Shown: positions 42,857 through 53,400 of the stretch, piece by piece
Position numbering within the stretch: the stretch's first letter is position 1
Layout of the letters: every line of letters starts with the position of its first letter
IMG/VR virus record: IMGVR_UViG_3300023275_000004
Span: 61,619-125,618 of that record
Direction: 5' to 3' (one strand)
DNA: 64,000 bases
DNA from: a virus
Lineage: Duplodnaviria > Caudoviricetes
The notes under the pieces: generated by a model
What the model was told of the DNA's origin: nothing
The model's database searches: none
The model's input: only the letters and a program-made list of their open reading frames with translations
Made by a program: the position numbers and the translations under genes

Positions 42857-43936
42857 TCAGCCGATACGGATAACCTCTAGATGAGAACTTTGACCCAATA
42901 CAGTTCCAGTAGAACTGGATGTTTGCTGAGCCCACTTAATAGAAATGTTTCCGGCATTAACCGTAGTTACAACTCCTTGCTCCAAAATTCCTGACAGCAG
43001 AGAAGTGCTAGAAATACCATAAGCTACATCAGTAGAGAACTGATGAACACCTACACGCATAGAAACTGTGTCTCGGCTAGTAGCAGCAGCTTCAGGACCG
43101 AGACAGAATCTAAGACCTGTACTTGAAGTAGGTACCCCCCACTGCACTCTAACATCACCAGCAGTAGAGGCACCAACCATTCCCACAAAACGAACTAGGT
43201 ATACAGCGCCAGCTACTACAGGAATAATAAGATCAGGATCGTCTGTGGAAGTTATGGTGCTAATACGAGTTGTATCAGCAGCCTTGTAGGCACGAGTAGC
43301 CCCGTTAATTCCTGAGGCATAAACGCCGCCAGTAATTTCCAAATCACCTGAGACATTATTAATTGTCAAATCACCAGAAATATCCAAATCAGCTACAGAA
43401 GCATTACCACTAACGTTAAGATCTCCGTTTACAGAGAGATCTGTATCCATAGTTAGTTCACCAGTACCACTACGATATACGTTTACATCTTGTATTCCTG
43501 ATCCTGGTCCTAGAGAGAACCCGGAAGAGTCTACGGTATGCCTAGCATATGACTCCCCAGAAACTTTAAAATTAACAATGTCATCTGTAAAGTTTCCATG
43601 CAAAATATCTAACACAGCCGAAGGAGTAGTTGTTCCGATTCCAACTTTTTTACCTTGAACCATCTTCAAATCAGCATTGTACGTTCCTCCTGCTGAAAGA
43701 ATCTGAATCCATGAAGAGTTGGCTCCGTCACGGTAAAAAGTTCTGCCAGTATCGGTATCCTGACGACCCATACCCGCAAAGGTACTGGATGGAGGGGAAC
43801 CAGTAGTTGCAGGAATAAAACCTATGGCAGCGTCGAGCTTGTCTAGGTTTGCATTAAGGTCTGTTGAGACATCTACGTACTCAGACCCATCGTCAGCAGG
43901 CTTATATAGCGATAGTCTGCTAGTAGTTGATGACAT
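42857..43936 (-). CDS. minor tail protein
   Basis: TSRLSLYKP...LNANLDKLD N-terminus; beta-rich shaft; shared C-terminal domain. Confidence 0.75.
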   Translation of the reverse strand: MSSTTSRLSLYKPADDGSEYVDVSTDLNANLDKLDAAIGFIPATTGSPPSSTFAGMGRQDTDTGRTFYRDGANSSWIQILSAGGTYNADLKMVQGKKVGIGTTTPSAVLDILHGNFTDDIVNFKVSGESYARHTVDSSGFSLGPGSGIQDVNVYRSGTGELTMDTDLSVNGDLNVSGNASVADLDISGDLTINNVSGDLEITGGVYASGINGATRAYKAADTTRISTITSTDDPDLIIPVVAGAVYLVRFVGMVGASTAGDVRVQWGVPTSSTGLRFCLGPEAAATSRDTVSMRVGVHQFSTDVAYGISSTSLLSGILEQGVVTTVNAGNISIKWAQQTSSSTGTVLGQSSHLEVIRIG

Positions 43937-44247
43937 TACTGCCCCTCCGTCACTTCTGGCTGTTCTAGCTGAACTGCTGCCAAGTTCTCCATAGTTACAA
44001 ACACGTATGCTGACCTTCCTGCTAGACCAGCAGTTATAAATCTAAATCCTACTACTCCAGCAGCAGTTACCTTCTGAGTAACAACGTCAACAAAATTAAT
44101 TTGACACAACTCAAAGGAGCCTGGCTGAATGGGCGTCCACTCGCAGCCCTTAATATGGACAGCAGTGACATACTGCTTAGGCACAGTACCCTGAGCAGTA
44201 TATGTCTGGACAAGAGCCTGAATCTGATCTGGCGTCATAGTTGGCAT
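43936..44247 (-). CDS. hypothetical protein in tail operon
   Basis: 103 aa, TAATG overlap. Confidence 0.7.
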   Translation of the reverse strand: MPTMTPDQIQALVQTYTAQGTVPKQYVTAVHIKGCEWTPIQPGSFELCQINFVDVVTQKVTAAGVVGFRFITAGLAGRSAYVFVTMENLAAVQLEQPEVTEGQ

Positions 44248-44261
44248 CGTTAGTCTCCTAC

Positions 44262-47200
44262 TTACTTCACATAAACAATCGTCAGTACAGGTTCGCTAGA
44301 CTGACCATTTCCATTGAACTTTCCATACTGGTCGTGCGAATCATTAGTAGGTCCAACAATGATTCCTCTAGATGCTCCAGATTTAAACTCATTACCAATT
44401 GTGGTACCAAGGCTTACTTTCCTCTTACCAGGCTTAGGCCATCCACCAGAAGATACTCTTTGTACGTGCAAATTTCCGCTGCTGATAGAACTTGGGCGAC
44501 TTGAATACTTATGAGTACCAATCCTTGCGGTACCACCATTATTATCCCACCAGTGATTCGCATAAAGAGTGATATAGCAAGACTTTATAGTAGCTCCTGA
44601 CAGATCCTTACGAATTTGAGCATCGTTAAATCCTACTAGTCCACGGGCATCTCCTAGGTAACCATCTCCAGAATTACCTTGTGTCATAGTTGCACCATGA
44701 GATGACGAGTATGCTCCGTTAGATCTATACGAACCAGACCACGTAGCTGAATAATTCTTAGTATAAGTAACCTTAGGCTTTGGCTTAGAAGGAGTAGGAG
44801 TATCAACGCTTGGCGGTGGAGCTAGATACTCTGAGACACCAGCGTCATTAAGAATAAGCGTGTCAGTCACTGGCATACCAATATCTTCAACCCACATCAA
44901 AGAAACTGACTCTGGACCAGCTCCACCAGGAGCCTGCACAGAAGCATTTCCATTAATTCCGAAGAAAGACACAAGAATTCTATGAAGCCCCGGCGTGAAG
45001 GTTCCAGCGTAAGTGATAATGGCTGCGGAGTTTCCTCCTGAATTAGCTACGTCACTACAAATAGCTTGCTGAAGCCAAGTTCCAGAAATTGTTGGATCTT
45101 GGTCTCCAGAATCTCGAAGTCTCAGCACGATACGGTCCTGGCTAGCTGTAGACTCCCACTCAGTCATAGCTACGATCATGTAGCTTCTTGACTCTTCCGC
45201 AATGAAGCTGATTTCCATGAATCCGCGCTCACCAGCGACAGTAGGACCTCCTCCAATGATGGCATCACCATCATATGTCCCTAGGGCGATAACACCTTTA
45301 GCCCTAGGATTAATGATATCGTCTAGAAGACTATCTCCTCCAATAGTGATATCATCTACTACATAAAGATTCTGGAATGATCCTCTTCCGCTACCATCAA
45401 TTCCGGCAAGGGTCTTAGTACTGTCTTCAGGGTCCTTGATAAGGAGGAAGTTTCCCTCAAGCCCTGGTGAACCTACAAGGCTCACTGTTGGGTCGCCGTC
45501 ATCAGTGTAGATTCTGAACCCTTCAGAATCCATTTCAGCACGTGCACCATGCTCAGCGGTACGAATGATTCCAGCAAGAACAATAGCTGAACTAATAGTT
45601 CCAGCAGTAATCTTCGTAGCTGTTAGATCACTAATATGTGCATCGTCAATAAGATTAACTGAAGCTGTCACTGGAGGAGAGCCTGCTGAACGATTTCCTG
45701 TACGATCAACAGCAACTACGCTAACCCATACACCCTCAGTATCTTCAATCTGAAAGGTACCAATGGCAGGAATCTGACCACGCATCATGCTCAAGTTGGC
45801 AGGAAGCTTTCCAACACGAGTTTCTTCGCTTGGGAAAAATTCTGGTCCTCCAACGTGTACCTCAAAGTGGTCCATATCCTCAGGAAGATTAAAGGTTCCT
45901 CCTGAAAGCCTTCCCATACTGTGTGTGATCTGAATAGCCAGACGACTTGAGGCAATCAAGGGAGGCGCTGGCGTTGGTGGAGCAATAGTATCCTGCGCAG
46001 CAGTCACTAGAACTGACTCTGACCACTCTGACCAGTGCTGAGGAGTCGAAGAATCTACAGCCCTCACTTGGAATTCGTAAGTAACACCAGGAGTCAATTC
46101 TTGGATAAGAGTCGAATTGTCATCAAAACCAACGTACATTGTCTGCCAACCAGCATTTGTGATAGGCGGAATCGTAGGCTGAGCCCAAGTCTGTAGCTCA
46201 TCCCAAGTTAGTTGTGAAGCCTGTAGCCAAGTGGCCTTGTACGGAGAAGTAGTATCAGCACGAAATCTTACTTCAAAGTGGTGACCATCAGAAATTGTAG
46301 ATCCGTCAACATTTGTAGGGGTTGTCCAAGTAAGCTGAATCTGAGCCTTAGTCCAGATATCTTCGCCTGACTGATAGGTGGTAGTGAAACTATCAGTAAT
46401 TTCAGGAACACCAGGAATAGACTTGTCTCCTGGCTGAACTGCTGACCAGAATCCTCCAGCTGCATTGTAAGTAAGAACGTCTCCGTCTTGTGGCTGGCTA
46501 AGAGTCACATCCAGTAGAGATGATAGTCGTGCCTGCTGAAGGACCGTCGCGGCGGTTACAGGGTTGTTAATGGCTACACCAGCAGAGTTAGACGAACCAC
46601 CAAGCTTTTCAATCTGAAACTTTAGACGCTCCGCAAGTAGTTGTAGGCGTGACTGAAGAGTCAGTTCAAGATCAGTGTTTCCTTCATCGTCCACACTGAT
46701 AGCAATACCTACTACCTTCCAAGCATCAATATTTCCTGTTTCTGGATTCTCAATGCCAATCCAGTCCCCTACCCCATAGTCAATAAACACTCTACGACCA
46801 GGCTGATCTGGATCTACCTTGATTCTCCAGGAACTTGTTTCATCCTTAACTGATTCAAGAGTAGCACCAATAATAGAACCAGTAGCTCCTAGATCCCCGG
46901 TTTGCCCCGCGCTAACAAAAAGCTCTCTCCTTTGAAATTTCTCAATTGAGACATCATCTTTAACTACGGCATAGTCTCCAACAGCATTCTTTCCCACAAT
47001 AAAGTTCGCCACGTCTTCTCGGGTACGTGTACGTTCTCTAAAGAGCTGAGATCCAAATTCATGAAACACTACAGAGGATTCTCTATGGAACTGAAGTGTA
47101 GGGTCAGCATCCTCTTCCAGCCACACTTTCTGTCGAATATCAAGTGAAAAGTCTGGGTTCATGTGCCAACTAGCTTGCTGTGCATCAGCAAAAGCCTGAA

Positions 47201-48785
47201 CAACCTTAAGAAGATCTGTACCTTCAGTAACTACTGAAGTGGGCATAGATGACCACTTAGCTCCAGCAGAATCTGTTGTGTTAGTCCAACTAGTAGTTAC
47301 ATAAGGAATAGTTCCTCTACTCTTAGCTTGAGTAAGGTACTTATTGAACTCAACAAATAGTGGCTCTGAAGCTGGAAGGTCGTTCATGTTCACATTACCT
47401 ACATGAGCCGACACTGGAAGATTAATTCCTACATTGCCTTCTACTAAAGCAGAAAATTTAAGAGTAACTTCGCCAGGATTCCAGGTGTATGTATGACGAT
47501 AATGCTCTATCCAAGTTAAACCGTCAGTAGAAGTTTCAAAAATTACTTCGCCAAGTACCTCTCTAATCCTCCAGTTAACATCTACTTTGAGATCATAATC
47601 CCAGTCGTTTCTGTAGATATTATCTAGATCGCGAACCTCTGCTACCAATCTACGACGCCCACCAATAAGCAGGGTGTAAATTTTTGCATAGTTAAGCGCG
47701 TCTACCTCTACAGACATTGTAGTAATAGCCTGTCCTGTAGACGAGGTTGTTTGAGGAAGAGGGTCTACCCAAGCAGAAATTCCAGAGCTTTCAAAGTCAA
47801 ACGGCCCAGCAGCTAAGACTCGCTCAGAGCTGGAACTTGTCACACTTAGCTTAATGCTCGGAGTCTGATTAGGCTCTACCGGAGTAGGATAAGCAGCTTT
47901 CCAATCATTAGCTCTAGAGATAGCATCACTTTTTGCGGTAACAGCTAGAACAGCCTTCCTGTACTTATCCCTAGTTGTATTTACTTCCTTAAGAGCTGTC
48001 TGCTTCTCTTTCTCAGTATAAGAATTGCTCTTAGCAATAGAATTATAATAGTTCTGAGCTGCGGTTACATCCTGCTGAGCTGAAGTTTTATCAGATGTTA
48101 ACACAGCTAGATCTTGAGTAAAGATATCAATCTGTGCCTGAGCTTCTTCTCTACCTCCACCACGAGCCATAGAAAGACCTGTGCTGTTTGTCTTATTCCA
48201 GACAGTAGTGTCTACAAGCTCCGATCCCATCGGATCTAAAAGAGATTCTAGTTTGGGAATTACGATTGGGAACTTACTTGGAAGTACAGCGGCCCACTCA
48301 AGTACTTGAGCTGGTCCTGGACCAGCAATAGTTACCTGTCTAGACTCAGAATCTTGAAGTTGTGTTTCTTTAACATTAGTTCCCAACCACACCGCACGAC
48401 GCACTCCATCAAAATACGCCTCCCACAAATTTTCATTCTCGTAAAGATCTGAGGCTGGACGACCATTAACTAGATCCTTCTTGAACAGGTCATCATCAAG
48501 ATCGAACGTTACACTTCCACCACCGACAGAATCTTCCTCATCTGAGAAAAGCAAGCCATTGTAGTCAGAAGTTACAAGAATAATCTTGTCAAAATCGTCG
48601 TGTTGGCGTACTACAACTTCCCATCCAATACTTCCGTAAGTAATTTCCTCTGGTGCTGGAAGAGCACTAATTGTGAAAGGAATTCTCTTAGGCAGCACAA
48701 AGGTACCCTGCGCACGAATGTCATCAGGGCGATGAAGGCTACCAAATTCAAACGGTAGCTTTGTGGGAAGTTTAAGCAGGGCCAT
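44262..48785 (-). CDS. large minor tail protein (hub/central fibre) with FN3-like domains
   Basis: 1507 aa after Dit; LTPGVTYEFQVRAVD FN3 motif; ATKITAGTI repeat. Confidence 0.85.
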   Translation of the reverse strand: MALLKLPTKLPFEFGSLHRPDDIRAQGTFVLPKRIPFTISALPAPEEITYGSIGWEVVVRQHDDFDKIILVTSDYNGLLFSDEEDSVGGGSVTFDLDDDLFKKDLVNGRPASDLYENENLWEAYFDGVRRAVWLGTNVKETQLQDSESRQVTIAGPGPAQVLEWAAVLPSKFPIVIPKLESLLDPMGSELVDTTVWNKTNSTGLSMARGGGREEAQAQIDIFTQDLAVLTSDKTSAQQDVTAAQNYYNSIAKSNSYTEKEKQTALKEVNTTRDKYRKAVLAVTAKSDAISRANDWKAAYPTPVEPNQTPSIKLSVTSSSSERVLAAGPFDFESSGISAWVDPLPQTTSSTGQAITTMSVEVDALNYAKIYTLLIGGRRRLVAEVRDLDNIYRNDWDYDLKVDVNWRIREVLGEVIFETSTDGLTWIEHYRHTYTWNPGEVTLKFSALVEGNVGINLPVSAHVGNVNMNDLPASEPLFVEFNKYLTQAKSRGTIPYVTTSWTNTTDSAGAKWSSMPTSVVTEGTDLLKVVQAFADAQQASWHMNPDFSLDIRQKVWLEEDADPTLQFHRESSVVFHEFGSQLFRERTRTREDVANFIVGKNAVGDYAVVKDDVSIEKFQRRELFVSAGQTGDLGATGSIIGATLESVKDETSSWRIKVDPDQPGRRVFIDYGVGDWIGIENPETGNIDAWKVVGIAISVDDEGNTDLELTLQSRLQLLAERLKFQIEKLGGSSNSAGVAINNPVTAATVLQQARLSSLLDVTLSQPQDGDVLTYNAAGGFWSAVQPGDKSIPGVPEITDSFTTTYQSGEDIWTKAQIQLTWTTPTNVDGSTISDGHHFEVRFRADTTSPYKATWLQASQLTWDELQTWAQPTIPPITNAGWQTMYVGFDDNSTLIQELTPGVTYEFQVRAVDSSTPQHWSEWSESVLVTAAQDTIAPPTPAPPLIASSRLAIQITHSMGRLSGGTFNLPEDMDHFEVHVGGPEFFPSEETRVGKLPANLSMMRGQIPAIGTFQIEDTEGVWVSVVAVDRTGNRSAGSPPVTASVNLIDDAHISDLTATKITAGTISSAIVLAGIIRTAEHGARAEMDSEGFRIYTDDGDPTVSLVGSPGLEGNFLLIKDPEDSTKTLAGIDGSGRGSFQNLYVVDDITIGGDSLLDDIINPRAKGVIALGTYDGDAIIGGGPTVAGERGFMEISFIAEESRSYMIVAMTEWESTASQDRIVLRLRDSGDQDPTISGTWLQQAICSDVANSGGNSAAIITYAGTFTPGLHRILVSFFGINGNASVQAPGGAGPESVSLMWVEDIGMPVTDTLILNDAGVSEYLAPPPSVDTPTPSKPKPKVTYTKNYSATWSGSYRSNGAYSSSHGATMTQGNSGDGYLGDARGLVGFNDAQIRKDLSGATIKSCYITLYANHWWDNNGGTARIGTHKYSSRPSSISSGNLHVQRVSSGGWPKPGKRKVSLGTTIGNEFKSGASRGIIVGPTNDSHDQYGKFNGNGQSSEPVLTIVYVK

Positions 48786-48793
48786 GTCAGTCC

Positions 48794-49603
48794 TCAGATA
48801 CTAACTTTAGTAACAACCATGTAAGAAGATGCTCGCATTGTTGTAACATCTGCATGAGAAGTTGCTTGTGCGTGCTGAATTACCAACTCGCCAGCGGTTG
48901 AGCCTACGCGAACAATTGCCCTCTCCTGAATTCCAGAATAAAGAGTCAAACTACCTAGGCCATACTTAACCTCAGTGTCAAACATATGAGAGCCTGTACG
49001 CATTAAGGCAGAATCACGGTTATTAGCTGCTTCAGCTGGACCAAGAACGTTTCTAAGACCTGTGCAGCCCGTAGGAACCTTCCAAGCAATCTTAATGTTT
49101 CCACCTACTCCTGAACAAATAGCAAATAGAGAAACTTCATAATCTGAATTAGCTGCCATGGTATATCTAAGATCAAGATCATCGTTCAAGGTTACATCAT
49201 TGTTGTAACCCTGCTCAACACTTTTATAAATAGTCTTACGACTATACCAAGCCGATACTGGTAGACCATGAACTCCGCCAGGGGTTACATTCGCCATATG
49301 CTCTTGAGGCTCACGAAAATCAATAGCTGAGCCGCTATGAACAACTGGAGCACCAAAGGAATGAGCTTTGGCTGAGGTGCCGTCAAATCCTCTTGAAATA
49401 ACATATGGAGTACCTACTGTACCTGCACCACTTGTAACAGAGACTAGCTCTTCAGTGGCCGTATCAGGATCTAGACGAAGGGTAAAAGGGAACGATGTTG
49501 GCAAGCCGTTAGTAGTCGACAAAACTAGCGTGGTCGTACCCGTAGAAATGCCGCCAGCGTTAGCCAGCGTGGCTGCGGCTGCGATGTTAGAGTAATACCT
49601 CAT
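48794..49603 (-). CDS. minor tail protein
   Basis: RGFDGTSAKAH motif; shared C-terminal domain. Confidence 0.8.
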   Translation of the reverse strand: MRYYSNIAAAATLANAGGISTGTTTLVLSTTNGLPTSFPFTLRLDPDTATEELVSVTSGAGTVGTPYVISRGFDGTSAKAHSFGAPVVHSGSAIDFREPQEHMANVTPGGVHGLPVSAWYSRKTIYKSVEQGYNNDVTLNDDLDLRYTMAANSDYEVSLFAICSGVGGNIKIAWKVPTGCTGLRNVLGPAEAANNRDSALMRTGSHMFDTEVKYGLGSLTLYSGIQERAIVRVGSTAGELVIQHAQATSHADVTTMRASSYMVVTKVSI

Positions 49604-49613
49604 TTAAAATACC

Positions 49614-50456
49614 TCACAAATAAGCGGGTCTGAATTTAAGCGTTGCTGATCCTGTAGCTACGCCAGCACTTGACATGGTTACCTGATTAGTACCAGGCCA
49701 TAAAACAAACCAAGGCTTTGCCCCTGCATGCTGGACAGCTCCCGTAATGTTCGTATTATCGTAGGATCTGTAGGCATCGAATGAAGTTACATTGAGATCA
49801 ACATAAGTTGATGGCTGTACCAAAGTATTTGCCTTAACCCAAACTTCTAAATCACGAGTTGTATTAGTTAGTTTCGGTCCCCAAAGTTCACCATCTAATC
49901 TAATACTCATCTTTTCATAAGCTGCCACGTCTCCAGGATTAAAAATTTCTATTTCCTCTCCTGGCTCAATCTCTACGGTAATCTCATCGCCGTAAAAAAA
50001 TGGATCAGCTAGAAGTAAATCTACTGAAAACGTTCCTCTAGTTCTTCCTGTCATTGACAGATCTAGAGTACTGGCTAGTTCACACTTAGCACTAGCCTCT
50101 ACGATAGTAGGAATTCCATTCACAGTTAGCCTCCATCGCCTTGTTAGAGTCATTTGCTCTTCAAGGTTAAATAGAAGCGTCCTTAGAGCCTGCCAGTTAT
50201 CATTAAATTGCAATTCCTGATCAGACAAGTATTCATCATCTGGCGAAATACCAATAGCCCACATCTGAAGAGTAATTACTCTAGAATCAGCCTTCTTGGG
50301 TCTGAACGAACGTCCATGACGGTTAGGATATTTCTGGTTATCACCACGAGTAGGAGGAACTGAGTAACGTGATCCACCAAACGTGGTGATATTCCAGCAA
50401 TACTGATTCAGAGATACACCGTCGATCTCCCAGAATTCCTCGGTGCTATTACTCAC
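49614..50456 (-). CDS. distal tail protein (Dit-like)
   Basis: directly after tape measure; DPFFYG, NPGD, LWPGTN motifs. Confidence 0.8.
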   Translation of the reverse strand: MSNSTEEFWEIDGVSLNQYCWNITTFGGSRYSVPPTRGDNQKYPNRHGRSFRPKKADSRVITLQMWAIGISPDDEYLSDQELQFNDNWQALRTLLFNLEEQMTLTRRWRLTVNGIPTIVEASAKCELASTLDLSMTGRTRGTFSVDLLLADPFFYGDEITVEIEPGEEIEIFNPGDVAAYEKMSIRLDGELWGPKLTNTTRDLEVWVKANTLVQPSTYVDLNVTSFDAYRSYDNTNITGAVQHAGAKPWFVLWPGTNQVTMSSAGVATGSATLKFRPAYL

Positions 50457-50467
50457 TGCTCATCCTC

Positions 50468-53400
50468 TCAGAGATCGCCTAGAACTGCGAGCTTAGTTAC
50501 CTGACGAGAAAGCGAGTCACTTGCACGCTCAGGTACCGGGTTATTCACATTCAAGTTCTCTACTGTGATTCCACGGTTCTGATTTATTACTGACTGAGCT
50601 GCCTGCGACAACTGCCTACTTGTAGCTCCTGGCATAGCAGCAGCACTCAACATTCCACCAGTAGCCATAGCTGGGAATCCAAACTGAGGCATTCCTGCAC
50701 CATCTCCTACTAGACCACCATTCTTATAGGCCCAGTGATCGTGCGCATTTCCACCTGCAAAGTTGTGCTGATTCCATACAGCTCCATGGTAGTGGTGAGG
50801 CTTACCATTCCAAAGGTTAAGATCCTGGTAAGGAGTGATAAGTTCCTTAGTGTTCTTACCATAATTATCATGAATCCACTGCGCTACGTCTCTACGTGGA
50901 GGAAGGTCGACAGCTCTTCCTAGAGCGTGATAAGACCTATTTCCAGAAAGGGTAACAGCATTCTTACGGAATCCTGAAATAATGCTAAGTCCAGGGAAAG
51001 CCTTGTGCAATACCGAAGCCTGCCACTGCCAACCTCCCCCGCCAGATCCATTACCTAGCGGACCAGCAGCGCCTCCACCATAAACCCAATTCTCGTCTCG
51101 CTTAGTCTTATTTACATCAACCACAATAGGAACAGTTACAGATCCACCATTGGCAAACATAGGCTGCACTTTGCCGCCACGGTTAAATCCACCTGTAGAA
51201 TCTGGGAGTGCTTCCTGGATAGCCTGCTTGTCTAGCTTCCTCGAACGAAGAGCTTCCATAATTGGCATTCCGTAGTGCTCTACCACATCTGTTGGCTGTA
51301 CGAACTCACCATTAGAAAGCCATGCACGAATAGAGTCAGAATTTCTTGTACCTTCTCCGTATACTGGTCCACCAGTTGCATACCCGTGAGCAGCAGCTCG
51401 GTTGGCATCAGAAATTCTTACCTTTTCAGCCTGCTTCCACTCCTTCTCAGCCGCCTCTGGTGAGAGACCACGACGAAGCGCGTCCTGCATGTACTGCAAT
51501 CTACGCAGGTCGTTATAAACATTCTGGAAGCCTTTTTCGTCCGTCTTAATCTTAGTCTGAAGATCCTTAGGAACTTCTCCATACTTCCTGATCAGCTTTT
51601 CAGTCTGATCCTTATTAAGACCTAGATTACGAGCCTCTTCCTTAAGCTTATCAATTCTTTCCTTGTGCCTCTTGGTTGCTTCATCCATTGGCACCTTAGA
51701 AGCAATGTCCTGTAGGAATAGGTCACGAGCAGCTGTAGCGGCAGCCTCAAGCGCATCACGATTGTTAAGACCCTGACGAGTATGATCCTTAAGACTCTTT
51801 CCATTCGACTTTACAGAATCATCAAGGTCAAGAAGTTTTCTATTAAAGTTTTCGGTAGCCTCATTAGCATCAATCATCTGACCTGTCTCAGATTGAATGA
51901 TTGTGTTAAGGGCCTCGCTTCTATCCTTAGCTGTAGAAGTTGAACTGGCTAGCGTGTCTAGAGCATCTGACAAAGCACGAATCTGAACATCATAATCTCC
52001 AGACAGCGCGATACTCTCTGCCTGCTGCTGACTTAGACCATAAAGCCTGTCACTATAAGTTCTTGATAGCCTAGCTGAATCAGATAGAATGTTATTACTT
52101 GCGTTCTGAGCAGCAGCAACATCATTAACCTGATTCTTATACTTTTCAGCAGCCTTGATCTGATCATCAAGGGCTGTGATTCCATCCTGGAATGCTCCAG
52201 TAGTATCACCCTGCGACTGAGCATAAGCTACCTGAACGTCTCTAGCTGCCTTAAGCTGAGCAATCTGAGTGTCAATTTGATTATTTACTCTACCCAAATC
52301 TTGCTGCTGGTTGTTAAGCGCTCCAGAGAGATCTCTAAGGCTCAAACCATAAAGGCGGGCCTGATCAGTAATATCCTTAAATTTTTCGTTGGTCTGCTGA
52401 AGATTATCTACTCCGGAAGTATCTCCCTTTGAAAGATCGCCATAAGCATTCTTTAGCGCAAGGAAAGCATCCTTGGTCTGGTTTGCCTCTTCTTTCTGAT
52501 TAGCTAGCTTACTAGCAACTACACCAATAAGAGCTGTAGCCGCAATAAGTGCAATTCCCCAAGGTCCACCAAGGAACGCTGTAAGTCCGCCTAGTCCAGA
52601 AACAGCTTGCCCTCCAGCAGACTTCAACCCTGCAACCGTACGAGAGAAAATTCCTACTTTACCACTAGCGTTTCTAGAAGCTTCAGCTACCTTATCTGTA
52701 GCCTTTGCCTGCTCAACAAGAACATCTGATCCAATAGGACCAATGCTTGAAGTGCTAACAACTGGAACAGTAGCGTTCTTATCTCCAGTTGATCTCTGGA
52801 TTCCAACCATTCCACGAGCAGCGTCACCAAGGGCACCAGTCAGGTTTCCACGGTTAGCAACGAACCAACGGAAAGCATCAACAATCTTGAACAGACCACT
52901 GAACCTAGCCACGATCGATACAGCAGCTACAGCAGCAAGTGAAGTAGCAATCGCGCCAAGGATCTGACTTACTCCAGGAAGAGAAGCAATTTCAGCAAGA
53001 ATAGATACGAATCCTGCTAGAACGCCAACGAAGGTGCTAAGAGCGTGCCCACCTCCGCTATCTAGGAATGAAGCAATAGCATCAAGAATCTCAGCCAAAG
53101 CAGTAGCTAGCGCCTGGTCAATTCCAGACTCACCTAGCTCATTAAGAATTCTTCCAAGGGCAGGAAGAATCTGAGTCCTAAGAGTCTGCAATAGATCAAT
53201 AGCGCGCTCAATATTGCTGGTATCACTAGCTGACTTAGCAAAGGCCCTGCCCACATCACCAAATAGAATAGCAATTTCGTGAAGTAGTGGCTTAACGTTC
53301 TGAAGGTACGTCTGTAGAGGAGACGTTGCCGACTCCTGTGCCTTAGCTACTTCTCGCCAATTCCTAGTGATGTCCTGTAGGCGTCCATTAATCCAATCAG

